Shown: positions 60,820 to 64,000 of the stretch, one piece after another
How the letters are laid out: every line of letters starts with the position of its first letter
How positions within the stretch are numbered: position 1 is the stretch's first letter
NCBI GenBank assembly: GCA_963845145.1
Contig: CAWJQU010000013.1
Coordinates: 155,980 to 219,979 of the forward strand
Length of the DNA: 64,000 bases
Direction of reading: 5' to 3'
Source of the DNA: an uncultured delta proteobacterium
Lineage (GTDB): Bacteria > Desulfobacterota > Desulfobacteria > Desulfobacterales > QNYZ01
Position numbers and translations under genes: made by a program
Notes under the pieces: generated by a model
What the model was told of the DNA's origin: nothing
The model's database searches: none
The model's input: only the letters and a program-made list of their open reading frames with translations

Positions 60820-61141
60820 AGTTCTGGATATTCCCCAGCGAAAGGGTCATTAGGTTTTGTGGGGCTAATAGTTGTACAGTTAACAAAATACAATGGTAAA
60901 ACAAGGATAATAACAAAACAAAATCTTAACCTTAGGATTAACTGCTTCAATCTGTTACCTCTAAATAAAATTTTTATAAAACTACTGATAGATTGAGAAC
61001 ATACAATTTTCATTAATAATACAGATATCATAGCTGGGGATTGTCAGGTCAAGCAAAACTTTTATTTAATAACTATAAGGTCAATTCCGTCCGCCGGCGA
61101 AGAAACGGTCTCGACAGGCTCTGTTTTGCTGGTTTTATGGA

Positions 61142-61520
61142 CTAATAGTTGGTGACGATCAGTTCCTTTCCCTTGGTCGACTGACCGACTCCTGTTGTGT
61201 ATTTTACGGTTGCCGGTTTGATATTGAACGCCTCGAATGCACCTCGCATATCGGGGTGGTCGTTGATGCTTAGAATGAACTTACCTTTTATATTACTCAG
61301 CAGACCCGCCAGGTCGATGTAATCTTCCAGGACCATGTTGTGCTCGTAGTAGGGGCACTTGTGATATGGAGGGTCACAATAAAACAGGGTCTTATCGTTG
61401 TCGTATCGCCGGATAAATTCCAGGGCCGGGAGATTTTCGATTATGACTGTGGCCAGCCGCAAGTGGACCTCAGATAGCTCCTCTTCGATTCTCAATAAAT
61501 TAATGGCCGGACGGCGCAGG
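61142..61520 (-). pseudogene. DNA adenine methyltransferase (D12 class), C-terminal fragment only
   Basis: INLLRIEEELSEVHLRL...IEN...FYCDPPY...KGKFILSIND...ELIVTNY; N-terminal SAM-binding half absent. Confidence 0.85.
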
Positions 61521-61593
61521 TACTAACCCTAAACGTTCTGCTGCGGACTCATTCATCGCTGCTTTTAATGGTCGTGAAATATTGAGGGTGGGC

Positions 61594-62012
61594 GTGTTAA
61601 ATAAGGAAATCTATTTAGGACGCATACTCACCTCTATCTTGTCCGCGGTTCCCGCCGAAAACGCACAAAAAATCTGTAACTATTGACATTGACTATAAAA
61701 AATAATTGGTTTACAAATATCTCCAGCATTAACGGGCACTCTTTATGGCGATTATGCGATACGGCTGGCCAAAGCCTAAAATGTTCCATCGATTGGTTGC
61801 TAACATGAGAGAATTATCCAATAGAGGAGGGAGAGAGGTCTATATCTAATTCTAACCCGGAACCGGAGGAAGAAATGTCTGTCGAGAACCAGAATCATTA
61901 CATTGAATTGCTGCGCGAAAAGCTGGAAAGTGTGACCAATGAAAACAATGAATTAAAAGAGAGATTGAGCAGGATCGAAAGCTTTAAAAAAACTGGCAAC
62001 AGTGCCGCATAG
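61594..62012 (+). pseudogene. Degenerate XRE-family (phage-repressor-like) regulator; 5' boundary approximate
   Basis: RLAKA/frameshift/KCSIDWLLT*E, i.e. a DWLLTGE motif with GGA changed to TGA. Continues in frame into a coiled-coil tail MSVENQNHYIELLREKLE...SAA* (61875-62012). Confidence 0.6.
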
Positions 62013-62189
62013 CCCGCGCTACCGGCCCATTCAAGGAGCGAAGAATAAGGGACCGCAGAAAAGAAGACCGAGCGCTACGGCTCATCAATAATACGTTTGA
62101 CGATTCCAGAAAAAAATAGGAGGTGCCGAGAAAAGAACACTCAATAGTTCGAATCAACAATCCAGACAATCACATTTCGTAACCCGATC

Positions 62190-62516
62190 TTGACCAGGTT
62201 ACATTCTGACAGGAGATGTAATATGCTCTATCATGTTGAATTCGCTCACATGCTTTATGGAAGTGACATAAAACAAAATGAAAAAGATGGTCTACAACGA
62301 ATGGAATCAGCTATCATCAACACTCTTTTAGACCATTCAATACCCCCAAGCCCCATCAGGAAACAAAGCACAAACCCTGGCCCACATTCCTTAAAACTTT
62401 CCATCTTAACCAACATGAGCCCCCAGGTCGTTATAGAGACCCTGGCAAAGAAAACCGACTTACTTTCCGAGGAGGCCCTAATCGCCCTAATTAACAAGAA
62501 TATTTCAAAAATCTGA
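62190..62516 (+). CDS. Hypothetical protein
   Basis: 108-aa ORF; AGGAG precedes the internal ATG at 62223; no recognised motif. Confidence 0.4.
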   Translation: MTRLHSDRRCNMLYHVEFAHMLYGSDIKQNEKDGLQRMESAIINTLLDHSIPPSPIRKQSTNPGPHSLKLSILTNMSPQVVIETLAKKTDLLSEEALIALINKNISKI

Positions 62517-62631
62517 TAAATACGAATATGGTTTCCACTCGACAGTCAAATGATAAAAAACTATTTTTTGCCCTAATACGGGTTATAACAAGACATCTGT
62601 TGAATATTAATAACTGTGAAAGGGACGAATC

Positions 62632-64000
62632 ATGTCATATGAAACAGCTAAAATTATAGCTGATGTGATTAGACAAACTCACGAAAAGAAATATCTTCTC
62701 CCCTCGATACAACGTGAATTTATATGGTCGACTTACCAAATCGAAAGACTCTTTGATTCATTAATGAGAGATTATCCTATTGGGTCATTTCTATTCTGGC
62801 AAGTTCAAAAAGATAGGGTAAAAGACTATGCTTTTTACGAGTTTCTTAGAGAATATCATGAGAGGGATAATAAGCATAATCCAAAGGCTAATGTCTCAGG
62901 GGACGATGAAATAACCGCAATATTAGACGGCCAACAACGCCTAACATCTTTGTATTTGGGACTTAGGGGCAATTACGCATATAAACTTCCAAGGAAAAGA
63001 TGGGATAATGATCTGGCATTTCCTAAGCGACAACTGTATCTGAATTTGTTGAGCAGAAGTGAAGACTCGGAATTCGAATATGCTTTCAAATTTCTAACTA
63101 CAGATGAAGCTAAAACGAAAGACAATAATTCCTTTTGGTTCAAAGTCGGTGACATTTTGGACATGAAAGAGCTTGATCAGGTAAATAGTTTCCTAATTGA
63201 CAATGACCTGTTTGATACGAGCAAGTACGGAAAAGACCAATCTAATTTTGCCAACAGAGCACTTTCAAAACTTTATAAGATTATCCATCTTAAGCCTACC
63301 ATTAGTTATTATTTGGAGCAGAGTTATAAACTTGACAAGGTGCTAAATATTTTCATTCGAATTAATAGCGGAGGCACAGAATTAAGTTATTCAGATTTAT
63401 TGTTATCAATAGCGACTGCTCAATGGGAGCAAAAAGATGCAAGGGAAGAAATTATTAATTTTGTAGATGAAATCAATTCGACAGGTAATGGTTTTAACTT
63501 TAATAAAGACTTTGTTTTAAAATCTTGCCTCGTATTAAGCGGTCTTAAGGGAATTGCGTTTAAGGTTGATAATTTTAATAAGCCCAATATGCTAAAAATA
63601 GAACAAAATTGGGATGATATAACGCAAGCTATCCGCCTTTCGGTAAATCTCGTTTCTTCATTAGGTTATAACAGAGACACGTTGACATCAAATAACGCCA
63701 TAATACCAATAGCTTATTATTTAAAAAAAATTGGTCTTCCGAGGAATTATATCAAATCAACACATACTGTCGAAGACAGAAAAGTAATAAAAAAATGGTT
63801 GTTATTTTGTCTTTTAAAGAGAGCGTTCAGCGGACAACCGGACAATGTATTAAGACCAATTAGAAATATATTAAAAAAGAGTCAAAACAGTTTTCCACAT
63901 GATAAAATTGTGGATAAATTTAAGGGGACAAACAAAACACTCGTCTTTTCTAAAGAAGACATTGAGAATCTCACTTTCTATAAGTATGGACAAACTTTTA
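62632..64000 (+). CDS. DUF262 domain protein (GmrSD-like restriction/defence family), 5' part (runs off window end)
   Basis: Not in the ORF track. Manual translation MSYETAK...YLLPSIQREFIW...LFDSLMRDYPIGSFLFW...ILDGQQRLTSL...IFIRINSGG. Confidence 0.9.
   Translation, partial: MSYETAKIIADVIRQTHEKKYLLPSIQREFIWSTYQIERLFDSLMRDYPIGSFLFWQVQKDRVKDYAFYEFLREYHERDNKHNPKANVSGDDEITAILDGQQRLTSLYLGLRGNYAYKLPRKRWDNDLAFPKRQLYLNLLSRSEDSEFEYAFKFLTTDEAKTKDNNSFWFKVGDILDMKELDQVNSFLIDNDLFDTSKYGKDQSNFANRALSKLYKIIHLKPTISYYLEQSYKLDKVLNIFIRINSGGTELSYSDLLLSIATAQWEQKDAREEIINFVDEINSTGNGFNFNKDFVLKSCLVLSGLKGIAFKVDNFNKPNMLKIEQNWDDITQAIRLSVNLVSSLGYNRDTLTSNNAIIPIAYYLKKIGLPRNYIKSTHTVEDRKVIKKWLLFCLLKRAFSGQPDNVLRPIRNILKKSQNSFPHDKIVDKFKGTNKTLVFSKEDIENLTFYKYGQTF

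Larger units (their letters stand above)
58623..60950 (-). pseudogene. Exported (possible lipo-) protein with a transglutaminase-like C-terminus, split by IS4 and by a further frameshift
   Basis: Signal-like N-terminus (60950-60820) joins in frame to 59532 once the IS is removed (GEYPDSFNLLVDKNPLLAKEIGK). C-terminal GNC...LL.KAGY...WHTV is in another frame. Confidence 0.7.

Noticed and set aside
1..64000. rRNA/tRNA genes
   Set aside because: None recognised in the intergenic regions.

Overview
Chromosomal window of a sulfate-reducing bacterium, probably Desulfobacterota/Desulfobacterales-like. That lineage is inferred from dsrAB-dsrD-dsrN, a tetraheme cytochrome c3 and cooS. Most of the window is housekeeping and energy metabolism: cooS (partial), ispG-proS-rel, rpmB, bamD, trxA, purN, an acyl-CoA dehydratase activase, a eukaryote-type UGPase, ilvE, a ugp-like ABC transporter, dapA, dsrABD-dsrN, tatBC, mltA (frameshifted), rmuC, moaC, trxB, fdhD, rplU-rpmA-obgE-proBA-nadD-rsfS-gpmI, tmk, and a two-subunit Mo/W enzyme with a frameshifted FadR regulator. 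Three accessory areas stand out. (1) An AT-rich islet (about 9.4-12.9 kb) carries a soluble histidine kinase with an unrecognised N-terminal domain and a LuxR-HTH response regulator. These are followed by about 400 nt densely packed with nested inverted repeats, whose longest stem encloses a fragment resembling the F-type conjugation gene traB, and then a small Cys-motif ORF. (2) Two inverted copies of a ~156 bp MITE-like element flank fdhD. (3) A decayed mobile region from about 58.26 kb has a possible transposable-phage/transposon end, duplicated methylase 3' ends, an IS4 element splitting an exported-protein gene, an XRE repressor pseudogene and a DUF262 (GmrSD-like) gene running off the window. 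All calls come from motif recognition by eye; no searches were run.
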